Origin: Eledone cirrhosa
Lineage: Eukaryota
NCBI GenBank assembly: GCA_964016885.1
Contig: CAXHJY010001152.1
Location: forward strand, 62,001-126,000
Length of the DNA stretch: 64,000 bases
Reading direction: 5' to 3'
Shown here: one piece after another, positions 16,408 to 31,956 of the stretch
How the letters are laid out: each line of letters opens with the position of its first letter
Position numbering within the stretch: the first letter of the stretch is position 1
Notes under the pieces: model-generated
Databases searched by the model: none
What the model saw: only the letters and a program-made list of their open reading frames with translations
What the model was told of the DNA's origin: nothing
Position numbers and translations under genes: made by a program

Positions 16408-16721
16408 CGTAAATATTCGTGACAAATACATCTCGTGAAGACCATTTGCTTGTTTGCCAAAGAAGTTAGCGTCCAACACGCTACGAACACTGGACTATTT
16501 GCCAACGAGAGGGCACTTCTCTATGTGGTTTGACCTGCTAGATATAACAGCCAAATCTCCCTAAAACAACAACACGCTATAAACACTCGAGCAGATGTTC
16601 TGCTACTGCCTCCCCCAACTACTACCTGGAGGGCGTTCAGAAGGTCCAGGGAGCGCTGGGATCTAAGGGAGTGGTAGAAATGATATGATAGTATATTAAA
16701 TATCAACTGATATATATTATA

Positions 16722-16891
16722 TATCGGTAGAGGGTCGGACGCCATGCTTTCCAGCATAGTTACGTCCCTTTACGATCTGAGTTCAAATCCCGCCGAGGTT
16801 GACTTTGCCTTTCATTCTTACGGGGTCGATAAAATAAAGTACCAGTAATGCACTGGGTAATTGCTGGCCTTGTGCCTAAAGTAGAAACAAT
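16722..16891 (+). mobile_element. Abundant short tRNA-derived SINE (family S1)
   Basis: B box gagttcaaatcc; body gcctttcatYcttacggggtcgataaaataaagtaccag. Near-identical to 45888-46058. Confidence 0.85.
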
Positions 16892-17641
16892 TATATATAA
16901 ATATAGTAAAATATAAAATATATAATATTTATTTATACATAGTATATATTGTATTATTTATTATATATTATTTACAATATAAAATATATAATATCTATTT
17001 ATACATAGTATATATATTAATTATTTCATATAAATTAACGATTTTATTTATTATATATTATTTACAATAAAAATATATATACTTATCTATACATAGTATA
17101 TATTATATTATGTATTATAAATAAATTAACGATTTTATTTATTATATATTATTTACAATTCGCGTGTAGGCAGGTCTCTCTGGAAATAGAGTTGGGGCGC
17201 TGAGTGTATAATGTGGCCCTTTGGGGGGTGGTAGCCCCAAACGTTTGAGAATCCCTGCACTAGAGCATTCTCTAGATTCAGTTGCTAAATAGACGGTAAC
17301 TTGACCTGCTAGAAGTAAGAGTCTATAAGCCGCCTAAGCTTTGCCCTTCATCGTCTCGTAATTCCTGAGGAAGTCATAAGAGGCGCCATATTGACATACA
17401 GGGTTTCAAGGGTATTTTAAAAAAACCTGATGGAGCCCATCTCCTCTCCAGGTTTGAATACAGAAGATTTCTTCCCAAGAAGAATAGAAAGTGAGAGAAT
17501 GGAAGTGAGAAAAAAGATATAGAGGAAGAATCGACCTCAGTATTTGACTGGTACTTTCTTTATCGACCTGGAATGGATGAAATCAAAGTTGCCTTACTGA
17601 TAGACAAATAAATAGCAAAAATGTAGAATAAAAATATTTAC

Positions 17642-17762
17642 CTTCACCATTTTTAAACGCCAGAGCTTTTATTGTGGAATTTTTTAGATTATAATGTACT
17701 CTCTCCCCACGCAAGTTTTCTGGGCTCCATTCCACATCGGGAATGATATGACGGGACAATAT
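17642..17762 (-). CDS. FAS1-repeat protein, exon type B (121 nt, phase 0 to 1): ILSRHIIPDVEWSPENLRGERVHYNLKNSTIKALAFKNGE
   Basis: Acceptor tttcattccag|, donor |gtaaat. 'LSRHII' YH-like motif. Frame-consistent with both neighbours. Confidence 0.9.
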
Positions 17763-18293
17763 CTGGAATGAAACAGAGACAGGCGATATCATCAGCAATG
17801 GAAAAACTAATGAAACTAATTTCCCTGGAATAATCTAAAGATAGGCCCCTTATGATGATAATAATAATAATAATAATATTAAAATAAAAAAAATAATAAT
17901 TTTCGTTCTACATGGCTGAATACAATAAATGTAATCTGAGTTTTTCGAATATCAATAATAACATTCGATTCGTTTACAATTATGCAAACAAGCCTCATTT
18001 TTAAAGCCATGTCAGTAGAATGAACCCTTCATTCTTGCTCTTGTGTTGGCATGTAAACAGAACTGCAGATACTAGTGTTTCTGGGTATCACCATTCATCA
18101 ATACAGTTCACTGTTCACCTGTCAGAGCTAGTGAAAATATATGCTATTTCCTAAAATGTACAGTTACTGATCGGCCTGATTTACATATTAGCAGACTGGC
18201 TGATCAGTCAGATCTGCATATTAGCAGATCCACCGCTCAATAATAATATTGAATTTTTTTTTGTTTTCAACCATAATGAGCTCTGATTTAGAC

Positions 18294-18663
18294 AGCGGGG
18301 AAGTCTATAAAATCAACCCCAGTGTATTACTGGTATTTTATTTTATCGACCCAGTAAGGATGAAAGGTAAAGTTAACCTCGGCGTGATTTGAAATCAGAA
18401 GATAAAAAAATCGTAACAATATGCCGCAAAGCAAGTTGTCCGACACTCTACTGATTCTGCCAATACAACGTCCTAATAATGGTTTCTAATTTAGACACAA
18501 GGCCAGCAAATTTTGGGGTAGGGAAAGAGTCGATTAAAACCACCCCATTGTATTACTGGTACTTTAATTTATCGACCTCCGTAAGAATGAAAGGTAAATA
18601 TAAACTCAGCGGGATTTGAACACAGAACGCAAAGGACCATAAAGCATGTTGTCCGATGCTCTC
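18294..18663 (-). mobile_element. Two tandem diverged S1 SINEs between two FAS1 exons
   Basis: ttactggtaYttt..tttatcgac..taagRatgaaaggtaaa..gatttgaa motif occurs twice. Confidence 0.75.
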
Positions 18664-18695
18664 TAATAATGATGACAATAAAAAGGGTTTTTTAC

Positions 18696-18858
18696 CTCCG
18701 TCAGAAGGGTCCAGTTATTTTTGAGTAGGCTTTGTTGTTTCAGCGGTAATCGGGAAAGTGCCTCATCAGTTGGGACAAACACTGTCATTGTACGTTTTGG
18801 GTCCCTTAACATACTGCGGTAAGGTTTCAGTATATGATTGAATAGTTGGGCCACTGAC
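18696..18858 (-). CDS. FAS1-repeat protein, exon type A (163 nt, phase 2 to 0): (R)SVAQLFNHILKPYRSMLRDPKRTMTVFVPTDEALSRLPLKQQSLLKNNWTLLTE
   Basis: Acceptor tatctacag|, donor |gtaaaa. FAS1 H1 motif TVFVPTDEAL. Confidence 0.93.
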
Positions 18859-19320
18859 CTGTAGATAAATAAATAGATAGATATAATTATATACAAAGAG
18901 TCGCATACAAAGAGTAGATAGATAGGTAAATATAGTTTCAAGCGCCGAAATATCTATGATCGCAGTTAACAGCTGATGAAGGGTTTCTTCTCTTGTTTAC
19001 GTCCATATTACTATCTTACACTTTGTTTAGAGTAACCACAGACACCCCCCCCCCCTGTTTCTTGTAATTTTATATATATATATATATATGGGTAAATATC
19101 TTTAAGTCGTTTGGAACCCTCGACAATGCAAATGGGTAAATCTCCGGGTAACAAGATCCGGTGGTGGAGAGAGAGATGTAAGTGGGTGTACGTTGAGATA
19201 CGTGGCGTGTATAAGACGTGTATCACCGAAAGTAGTTTTTGAATGCATCTTCTCTTTTCATGATATCCGGATTACATTGAGTTCTTCATACGGATTGGAC
19301 ACTACCGTAAACTTTTGTTA

Positions 19321-19415
<95 letters not shown>

Positions 19416-19466
19416 TATTTCCACTCCAAACTTCCTTAACTTCGCTGCATACAATGAATACATGCA

Positions 19467-19517
<51 letters not shown>

Positions 19518-19628
19518 TGTGTGTGATTTGTCTAGTTATCCAACTGATCTATCGCATGATCTCCACATCCACACGTGTTCGTATAACGTATAGAGAACCA
19601 CAGACTATAGGTACTTATATACTAATAT

Positions 19629-19662
<34 letters not shown>

Positions 19663-19672
19663 AAATACATGA

Positions 19673-19728
<56 letters not shown>

Positions 19729-19863
19729 GCCGAGAGATAGAGAGAAAAATAGAGGCAGAGACGGAAGAACGTGCAATGCCGTTTTATTTCAAACCTGTCA
19801 GCCACCTTAAGGTAAGATTTAGGTAACAAAAACACAAGATCATGTTTTATTTAGTAATTCCTT

Positions 19864-19911
<48 letters not shown>

Positions 19912-20674
19912 CTTTCTGTATATTTTACGTTAAGTTGCATTTTTTAGTACTTTAGTTTCTGAAATGTTTTTTGGGTATTGTGGTTGTCGTTTTTCATTTT
20001 CTAATACGTTTATTTTCTAAGTTTATTTACTTCTGCTTGTGGTTTTTAATGGTGATATATGGACTCCAGTTTTGCTTACTATGCATGGGGTTAGTTTCTT
20101 TGCACGTCACGCTAGGCTGCATCACACAAAACACATAGACGCACACAAAATCACATACAACATACACAGATACTCACGGACACATGCATACGTAATGGCA
20201 CTGACAGGTACCTAAGTCTCGTCTATTTATCTCATGCATAGTTCTTATTTTCCTGTATATTACGTTGTTTCTCGTTGTTTGTATAGAAATTACCTATTAT
20301 AAATGATTTGCTTTCATGTATTTTTATAGCTACTAAAGCTCCGTTTATTGTACTATATATCTTATATGTGTATGTGCATGTGTGTATCGTCTGTACGTAC
20401 GTATGTATGTATATATATGTTTATACATATATGAATATGTAAAAGTACATGTGCTTAGATATATATATATATGTATGCAATATATACTTACACTAAACAC
20501 GCATTTGTGTTTATATACATATAAGCAATAAATATATATGCATATGTATATAAACACACATATATATATATATATATTATACATTTATTTCTCGAAGTTA
20601 GACATCCATTTGTACACGGATAAAAATTCCCATATATCTATCTAACTATCTCTCTCTCTCTATGTGTGTGTATG

Positions 20675-20769
<95 letters not shown>

Positions 20770-21200
20770 CTGATATAATGTATGAAATTAAATAAAGCGC
20801 AAAATCAAATATAGCATTCCAAATTCATATCTTTCTCCTGTCACGAAAGAAGATGTGACTTTAATTATTAGCGATTCGCTACACTGCATGTTCTTGGAAC
20901 AGAGGCCATGAATTATGCGAGAATCGATAAAAACCTTGTTTTTTTAGCATTCTTATGAAAATCGGTCCGAGCACCGAATCCTACCGAAGGAGGTATTTTG
21001 GTCAATGCCAATCTTGTTTCTGTTTATTACAGATGCATATAACGTATTTGGTTAATGATTTAAGGCAAAGAAAGAATGGTATATGGTTTGACTGAAGAGT
21101 GACTATGCTGACTAAGATACTCTCAGGGAATAACGAAATGAGGGTTATGTTCCAACATAGAACATGTAAAGAAACAATGCATTTTTTAATACGAGGAGTT

Positions 21201-21244
<44 letters not shown>

Positions 21245-21247
21245 TAT

Positions 21248-21297
<50 letters not shown>

Positions 21298-21402
21298 TTA
21301 TATATATATATGTATGTTTGTATATATATCTATATCTATATTTAAATATACATTTATATTTGTATATATATATATATATGTATATACATAAATATAACTA
21401 TG

Positions 21403-21461
<59 letters not shown>

Positions 21462-21520
21462 CTCTCTCTCTATTTATATATATATATATATATATATGAC
21501 TCTGTGTGTGTGTGTTTGTT

Positions 21521-21556
<36 letters not shown>

Positions 21557-22227
21557 ATATGGACAACTTGATTTTTTTCGATTGTGAAGTTAGTGATGTT
21601 GGGATAATGATCATTATCGCGATGATTGATGTTGTCCATGTTGATGATGATGATGATGATGATAACAAAGATGAAAATGATAATAATATTCATGATGATT
21701 GCGTTAATGGTGATTGTGTAGATATAATCTGTCTTTATTGTTGTTAGTCGTATCCGTTGCTATCTTAAGTATTTATACTTATACATTTATTTCTCAGCTT
21801 CAGGAAGTAGAATACATATATACTGCCATAGCATGTATACCAACACTTGTATACGAACACACTGTTACACAGACGCACACTTAGAACACATACACTCACA
21901 CACACACGCATATCTATATTTATATATATATGTACATATATATGATGATCTTTATAGTCGAGGATTCCGTAGCTCTTCTTTATCTATATCCATCTGTTTA
22001 TCCATCAATATATCTTTCAATTACCAGCCATAATATATATATATATATATATATCTATGGAAATACACATTTTCATATACGTATACTGTGTGTGTGAGTG
22101 TGTATGTGTGTGTGTGTGTCAGTACATGTGTTGTAAGTGTGTGTCTGTGTAAGAGTGTGTTCGTATACATGTGTTCGACGAGTGCTGAATCGCAACCGAC
22201 ACAAACAAATCAATTGGCACATATATA

Positions 22228-22266
<39 letters not shown>

Positions 22267-22722
22267 TATATGTACATATACATATATACATAAAGATATA
22301 TCTGTATACATATATATATATATATATATATGTATATATTTAAAATAGAACAGAAATAAAGTGAAATAAATGAACAACGGAAGACGGTAGGAGAAACTAA
22401 AAAACGTCTAGAAAAATCACAAAAAAAAAACATGTTAAAAAGAAAACAGAAAAAAGGTCGAACAAAAAACAGACACTCAAAAGACACCAAAAAATGTTCA
22501 CAATAAACACAAGACGTAAAAACAAAAGCTAAATAAAATAGGCAAAGTAAAGTGAAATATAAAATCCGAAATTTAAGGAAGCTGTCCATACAGTGAAGAC
22601 ATTAACAGCATAGTAATGGTTCTGTAATATAGACTGAGCTGGCATCTAGAGTAGGTACCAGCTAGTATATATATATATACATATATATATATAGATACAT
22701 GTATATATATATATATATATAG

Positions 22723-22753
<31 letters not shown>

Positions 22754-22792
22754 GATACATGTATCTATATATATATATATATATATATATAG

Positions 22793-22899
<107 letters not shown>

Positions 22900-22999
22900 C
22901 ACACATATATATATATACATATATACATATATATATATATTTATATACATAGATATATATATTCATATATAAATCTATATATACACATACATAATATAT

Positions 23000-23068
<69 letters not shown>

Positions 23069-23077
23069 TGCACATAC

Positions 23078-23108
<31 letters not shown>

Positions 23109-23459
23109 CATATATACAGATATACAGATACACATATATATATATATATATATTCACACACACACACATATATATATATATACACATACATATGAAAAAG
23201 GAAAGCAAGAGGAAATTTATAATGTATAGGATAAACAAAACGAAACGTCGATAAGATACGGCCATTTTAAATCGTTGCTTTCTTGATTTTTCGCTCACTT
23301 TTCTATTTTTTCTACATATCATTTATATATTATTTTGGTTATTTTCTAATCTGTTTCGATTTAACATTCTTTGTGTATCTTATAGATTTATTTATATTGT
23401 TTAATAGTACTGATGGTATTGTTGGTGTTTTTGTCCTTCCCCACGTAGCTCATGACGTG

Positions 23460-23529
<70 letters not shown>

Positions 23530-23615
23530 CATATATATGTATATATATTCAGAATTGCTTTTTTATTCACACAGCTCGGCCATTATGGTTTTTTTCTCTC
23601 TTCACTTTGTGTCAG

Positions 23616-23685
<70 letters not shown>

Positions 23686-23840
23686 TGTGTATATATATTA
23701 CCTCTTTTCCCATAATTCTTTGTTTGTTTGTGTAACGCCATCTTATGGCTTTTTAAAATTATTTTTATTATTGTTTTTCAGATTTATTTGCCACATACAT
23801 ACATATATATATATACAAATATATATAATATTCATATATA

Positions 23841-23879
<39 letters not shown>

Positions 23880-23896
23880 AATATATATAATATTCA

Positions 23897-23971
<75 letters not shown>

Positions 23972-24213
23972 TATATATATGTTTTTGCGTTAGACATCCT
24001 ATGTGTATGTCCGCCTAATGGTAAATACACTGTTGTATGATTTTATCGTATTTTTTGCATTGAAGCGAGAAGAAAAAGAGAGACAAAGAGAGTTAATTAT
24101 GAGAAGGGAGACATGTTATGGTGACACACAATAGCTTGTATTGACTAAATATCATGTTAGACATTTCCACAGATGCTTATCACTAAAATCTCCCCGTAAG
24201 CTTCATATCTATC

Positions 24214-24270
<57 letters not shown>

Positions 24271-24280
24271 TTATATATAT

Positions 24281-24336
<56 letters not shown>

Positions 24337-24377
24337 CTACATATATATCTACATATATCTATATATATATATACGTG

Positions 24378-24440
<63 letters not shown>

Positions 24441-24541
24441 TATCGGTATATGTATATACCCATCTTATTGATCTGTTTTTTTGCTATTTCTTCTGAAATC
24501 GCTAAGCTACAGACACAAACAATTATATACATACACACACG

Positions 24542-24583
<42 letters not shown>

Positions 24584-24775
24584 GTATACATATATACAAC
24601 AGTGACATAAACAGTATTTAATCTTGTTGAGTTAAACATCCAAACTCATTCAGTCTCTTGAATAAACAAAGTCGGCCTTTTTCGTATCATCTTACTCAAC
24701 TCGTCCTATGGACTGAATACCCCTACACTTTGCTATTTCTAGCAAACCTATACTACAGTATATATACATACACAA

Positions 24776-24807
<32 letters not shown>

Positions 24808-25232
24808 CACTTTTGAGCTGACTTTTGGAATGCTCCCATACAGCTCTGAGTTTTTCATCCTCAGTGTATACTGATTAATGTTCAGAGCCATCCTCAGCAT
24901 TCTCGTGTAGCACCCATCCACCATCTGAGTGAGTGTCTTGGTCAGTGTCCAAGTCTCAGACCCATACAGCAGCACAGACTCCACTACAGTGACACAGAGG
25001 AGACTGAGGTTGGCTGGACATGCTCACCGACATCCAGAGTTGACATTGCACTCAGTGCTCCTTTTGGGAGCCCCTACATGGACACACTGGAAGAGGAAGA
25101 CCAAGGTTTACGTATGTTGATGCCCTAAGGACAGACACTGGTCTGTTGGAGACGCAGGACATGGCAGCGATAATGAGGGACAGAGACGGCTGGAGAGAAC
25201 TCGTCCATGGATCTCGGGAATTTTACCCGCCT
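24808..25232. mobile_element. 5'-truncated RTE-type LINE 3' end with 5' inversion
   Basis: Minus 24990-24808 encodes ESVLLYGSETWTLTK...RMLRMALNI...KVSSKV. Plus 24989-25232 continues with TQRRLRLAGHAHRHPE...GRGRPR...DRDGWRELV. Flanked by (TA)n. Confidence 0.88.
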
Positions 25233-25243
25233 TATATATATAT

Positions 25244-25669
<426 letters not shown>

Positions 25670-25681
25670 ATATAAATATAT

Positions 25682-25905
<224 letters not shown>

Positions 25906-25990
25906 TATATATATCGTAGGCTGTGTAGACGTTGTATTTCCCCAGTAGGCCATGGTAGTATTAAGTAATTGGGGATTGAGGTGCAAGCCT

Positions 25991-26036
<46 letters not shown>

Positions 26037-26085
26037 AACACACACATATATATATATACATACACATAACATATATATATATGTA

Positions 26086-26130
<45 letters not shown>

Positions 26131-26154
26131 TAGGTTTGTTGGTTCATATTTCAA

Positions 26155-26212
26155 ATACCTGATGATATCACCGGATTCATATGGAACCCGGTCATTGAAA
26201 TCATCATAGTAT
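26155..26212 (+). ncRNA. Type I hammerhead-like motif
   Basis: atac CTGATGA tatc-accgg...ccggt-catt GAAA tcatca TA / gtat. Core intact, stem I 4 bp, stem III weak. Confidence 0.55.
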
Positions 26213-26256
26213 AATAAACCTTTCAAGGATTTACACCAGTCCAGCCTGCTGTTCTG

Positions 26257-26293
<37 letters not shown>

Positions 26294-26378
26294 TATTTGC
26301 TCTACGGTTCTTATATATTTGATATATATTTTCCTTATCGAGCCCTCTTTGGATTTTAGTCGTCAATTTTATTATTAT

Positions 26379-26445
<67 letters not shown>

Positions 26446-26859
26446 CACATTTTGATCTGCTTAACTTCAAGAACTATGCCTGTAAATAACAATATTTCTT
26501 CTTCTTCCACATTGACTTTTTATGCTCTACATTATGTCCATTTTCTTTTTCTTTTTTTCTTTTCACTTCATAAACCTTGTTTGTAAATAACATTATTCTT
26601 TCTGCCCCTCTCTTTAACATGTGCGACACCACACTAATACATTTCACTTGCTGAAACCGGTAATAGACAATTATTAAATATATAAATAGATAAATAAATG
26701 CCATTGTTAAATAATATATAAATCAACTAATACCTTAACACTTCACACAAAGTAAAACATTTCGTTTTAATCATTTTCTAACCCAGAAAAGATAGAGAGA
26801 GAAACAAAAAAAGGAAACAAAAATATTTTTCTTCCTAATAATCGTCTTTTTCTCCCTCT

Positions 26860-26934
<75 letters not shown>

Positions 26935-27425
26935 TTCACGGTATTTAATTGATCGCTTCTACTTGACTTAATATTTGAAAAAAAAACACACAGGTCACGC
27001 ATCATGTCCCTTTCTTCTTTCTTTCTTTTTTATCTCTTTTCCTTATGCAGTTATATATTCTATCATCTCTATCTCCCTCTCTCTTCTTTTTATCCTTTTT
27101 CCCTTTTCTCTTCTATTTAGCACACACTCTCTCTTTTGTCTTCTTCTCTAACACGGATATTTACATATTTAAATATTTAACATTTATATAATGATGTGTT
27201 TATTTATTTATTTATTTATTCTATACTTTCTCCTACTCACCCACTCCTAATACTTATATCTCACTACATATCCCTCTCCATCATATTTAGTTTGTCATAC
27301 TTCTACTTGTGGTATATACTTATATTGAGTTTTGTTGTAATAAATCACTGCCAAGACTGGAATTGAACCATCGACACAATTGAACCATCGACACAGTTGA
27401 GATATGTCATACATCAATTCATGTA

Positions 27426-27487
27426 TTTTATCTGATGAGGACGTACTGAAAAAACAGCACAGTTCCTCCGAAATATCTATAATAAAA
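27426..27487 (+). ncRNA. Type I minimal hammerhead motif, intact core
   Basis: ttttat CTGATGA gga...tcc GAAA tatcta TA / ataaaa. Stem I is 6 bp, stem II is closed by gga/tcc, stem III is short and near-palindromic, triplet AUA. A degenerate paralogue lies at ~14334-14402. Confidence 0.7.
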
Positions 27488-27607
27488 CATATATTTTGAT
27501 TATGTTAATGTCTCCATTTATTGAATAATCAATGAACCTTGTTTAACTTTTGGTTATATATATATGGTTAAAAAATGACAACACAAACACAGAGATGCTA
27601 GTACCAT

Positions 27608-27719
<112 letters not shown>

Positions 27720-27755
27720 AATTACACAAGTATCAAATTTATGTTCAAATCATTT

Positions 27756-27807
27756 AATCGCTGACAATTGTTTCTTCCAAACTTTAGTTTGGAGTCATCG
27801 GAGCATT
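27756..27807 (-). ncRNA. Type I minimal hammerhead motif (U4>C variant)
   Basis: aatgct CCGATGA c-tccaaact-aa-agtttgga-a GAAA caattg TC / agcgatt. Palindromic stem III ACAATTGT, GUC triplet. A truncated copy lies at ~43498-43512. Confidence 0.65.
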
Positions 27808-28123
27808 ATCAATATTTGTACATATAATTAACCTCCTATTCAACTGAACAATCTTATAGATACATATATATTGATGTTGTAAAACACCTGATGTTCTATA
27901 ATGCTCTGTAAAACACGTGATGTTCTTACATTGAGGTATTTCTCTTACTGGTAATAAGGTAGTAATAAATTACTGACCTTTCCTGTTCATAGTTATTTAT
28001 AGTATAGTATATACATAATTATAAATAGTATTAAATTTGCCTTTCATCCTTACGGGGTCGATAAAATAAAGTACCAGTAATGCACTGGGCAAGTGCTGGC
28101 CTTGTGCCAAAAGTAGAAACAAT

Positions 28124-28196
<73 letters not shown>

Positions 28197-28204
28197 ATTA
28201 TATA

Positions 28205-28287
<83 letters not shown>

Positions 28288-28399
28288 TGACAGGCTGACA
28301 TGGAAGGAATGAGAGAAGTGATTAAGAATTACTGAGGAGGCTTTGAAATGTTAAGATAATTGGATAGGTCTGGTGTTAATAATTTAAGTAGGGAAACGA

Positions 28400-28459
28400 G
28401 GGGCTTGTTGATGGTGATGGTGATGGTGATGGTTAGTGAGATAACACCACTCTTTCTGT

Positions 28460-28494
<35 letters not shown>

Positions 28495-30730
28495 ATGGTG
28501 TTTAGGTCATTGATGGTGATGGTGATGATGATGGTGATGATGGTGGTTTTAAATATTGGTGATAATGATGCTGGTGATAGTGGTGACGGTGGTGATGATG
28601 ATGGCAATGATGATAGTGATGATGATGGTGGCGGTGATGGCTGTGGCGGTAATTACTGGTGATGATGGTAGTGGTAGTAGTTACTGGTGCTGATGGTGAT
28701 GGTGATGGTGGTGGTGGTAATTACTGGTGATGATGAGGGTGATGATGGTAGTGGTAGTAGTTACTGGTGGTGATGGTGATGGTGGTGATGGTGGTGGTGG
28801 TAATTACTGGTGATGATGAGGGTGATGAGGGTGGTGATGGTGAAAATAAAATGTCTGCTTAACAAGAGACTCAAGTAGGAGAAAAACACTTTAAGTCTCA
28901 TATATCAAAAATATTTTGTCAGTTTCCCAACCACAGCCGAACTGGTGTTATGGCGACATACAGATTATACCATGGTGGTGGTGGTGTAGTGGTGGTGCTG
29001 TGTGGTGGTCGTGGTGCTGTAGTTGGTTGTGGTGGTGGTGGTGGTGGTGGTGGTGGTGTTGATGGTGGTGGTGGTACTGTAGTCGGTTGTGGTGGTTGTG
29101 GTGGTGGTGGTGGGGGTGTTGGTGGTGGTGGTGGTGGTGTTGTAGTGGTCTTGGTGGTGGGGTGGTGTAGTGGTGGTGATGGCGGTGCTGATGGTGGTGG
29201 TCGTGGTGATGGTGGTGTAGTGGTAGTGGTGGTGGTGTTGATGGTGGCGGTGGCGGTGGTGATGGTGGTGGTCGTGGTGAAGGTGGTGTAGTGGTAGTGG
29301 TGGTGGTGTTGATGGTGGCGGTGGCGGTGGTGATGGTGGTGTAGTGGTAGTGGTGGCGGTGTTGATGTTGGTGGTGGCGGTGGTGATGGTGGTGTAGTGG
29401 TAGTGGTGGTGGTGTTGATGGTGGTGGTGGTCGAGGGGTGATAGTAGTGTAGTGGTGGTGTTGTAGTGGTCTTGGTAGTGGTGGAGGTGTAGTGGTGCAG
29501 TGCTAGTGGTGGTGGTGGTGGTGGGTGTAGTGGTGGTGGTGATGGTGGAGGCTGATGGTATGAATGGCAGTGTGGAGGTGTGAGTACGCTTTGAAGTTGT
29601 GGTGATTGTTTAGGATGCTGGCACTGTTGATGGTATAGTATGGTGGTCTAGAGGTATGGAAACCATTTGCTGTTATGGTGGTGGTTGAGTAGGCAATGGC
29701 GATGGTTGTAGTGATGTTGATGGTTGTGGTTATGGTGATGTTGATGGTATAGGATTATAGTGTGTTCGTTCGCGTACCATGTATGGCATTGGTGGCTGAT
29801 GGTGGTGGTGTAGTGTTGTGGCTGATGGTGGTGGTGTAGTGTTGCTGATGATGGTGTAGTGTTGCTGCTGATGATGATGGTGGTGTAGTGTTGCTGATGA
29901 TGGTGGTGGTGTAGTGTTGCGGCTGATGGTGGTGGTGTAGTGTTGCTGATGATGGTGTAGTGTTGCTGCTGCTGATGGTGGTGGTGTAGTGCTGCTGATG
30001 ATGGTGGTGGCGGTGTAGTGTTGCTGATGATGGTGGTGGTGTAGTGTTGCTGATGGTGGTGGTGGTGTAGTGTTGCTGATGGTGGTGGTGGTGTAGTGTT
30101 GCTGATGATGGTGGTGGTGTAGTGTTGCTGATGGTGGTGGTGGTGTAGTGTTGCTGATGATGGTGGTGGTGTAGTGTTGCTGATGATGGTGGTGGTGTAG
30201 TGTTGCTGATGGTGGTGGTGGTAGTGTATCCCCATCACCACCACCACCAACAACCTCCACTACCAGCACCAACACCAACATCACTACACAACCACCACCA
30301 CCGCCACTATTACCACTACCACCACCATCACCACAACCACCACTACAACCATCACCACAACACAACCACCACTACCACCAACACTATTACCACTACCACC
30401 ACCAAAACCACCACAACCACCACCACCACTACTACACAACCACCAACACTACTACCACTACCACCACAACCACCACTACCACCACCACAACCACCACCTC
30501 CACAACCAACACCCCAACCACCACCACCACCACCACAACCACCACCACCACAACCACCACCACAACCACCACAACCACCACAACTACCACCACCACCACA
30601 ACCACCACCACCACAACCAACACCACAACCACCACCACCACCACAACCACCACCACAACCACCACTACCACCACACCACCACCACTACCACCACACCACC
30701 ACCACCACCACTACTACCACCTCCACTACC
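28400..30730. repeat. Compound trinucleotide array (GAT/GGT)n with a 21-24-bp minisatellite at ~29790-30220, flipping to (CCA)n at ~30228
   Basis: Seen directly; unit tggtggtgtagtgttgctgatga. Confidence 0.9.
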
Positions 30731-31006
30731 ATTCTATCCCTTTAATACTATAGTCTGCTTACGTAATTTTTTATGTTCTCATTAATTGAATTTTAATCAT
30801 TAATGTCAAAGACGACGCCATATTTTAATCTGGTCGCCATGTTTTAATCCTGTCGCCATGTTATTTAAGTGGTGAATAAGCTTTCAAGTGGGCGAGGCTT
30901 GGGCAAGATCATCGGCTTTTTACAAGTATTCTTTATATTTTACAGACCGTGTCATCTGGGGATATTTCACATCAAACGCAGACGTACATATACACACATG
31001 TGTATA

Positions 31007-31062
<56 letters not shown>

Positions 31063-31332
31063 GGAAAAAATCAAACGAAATTTCATTTCCCACTCTTAGT
31101 ACGGCTGTTACTTAAATATAAGTATGTACACGTACATACATATATGTATACAGACGTACAGTAGTATGTATATATATATATATATATATATATACATAGA
31201 TGCACATATATATATATATGTACGTATGGATTCACCGAACATTTATTATAATGCTCGTACATAATAATACTGTACGTCTGTATACATATATGTATGTACG
31301 TGTGTTTATATATGTATATATGTACGTGTGTT

Positions 31333-31412
<80 letters not shown>

Positions 31413-31500
31413 GAGGTTATATTTAATTTGTTGGGATTCAACAAGCTTAAACATTTTTATAACTGATATAAAGCACTCTACCGTTAGGTGGAGTATATAT

Positions 31501-31737
31501 ACAATATATTAACAAATGGAAACTGTATTTATAAAACCATATTTATTTTATAGACTCTCCAGGAGGCTCCAACCGGTAAGGTTGTCTTTTTTCAGGGTAT
31601 GTCAATATTTATTTATAAAACAAATCTGTATTGTATTTTATCTGATGAAAGCGCACCATAATTTGCCTTGGTGGGCCTTGGAATATGTATAATCAAATAA
31701 ATATGGTTTTATAAATATAGTTTCCATTTGTTAATAT

Positions 31738-31742
<5 letters not shown>
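31501..31742. mobile_element. Short element with ~48-bp inverted termini enclosing a degenerate hammerhead, flanked by (TA)n
   Basis: acaatatattaacaaatggaaactgtatttataaaaccatatttattt ... aaataaatatggttttataaatatagtttccatttgttaatatattgt, with internal ttttat CTGATGA at 31642. A related partial copy lies at ~9159-9320. Confidence 0.6.
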
Positions 31743-31787
<45 letters not shown>

Positions 31788-31914
31788 GTATGTATATATA
31801 CATATATATATATATGTATATACATATATATATATATGTATAGATATATGTATGTATATATACATATATATATGTATATATAGATATATGTATGTATATA
31901 TACATATATATATG

Positions 31915-31956
<42 letters not shown>

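Noticed and set aside
17160-17265. Possible hAT-type terminus (tttgagaatccctg followed by cactagag)
   Set aside because: No matching second terminus or target-site duplication was found.
18973-19130. CTGATGA agggtttc...gaaccct cGACA, a possible long-stem-II hammerhead
   Set aside because: GAAA and stem III are not recoverable. Similar weak candidates at ~3625, 5416, 7731, 8150, 14620, 35922 and 39420 were also left uncounted.
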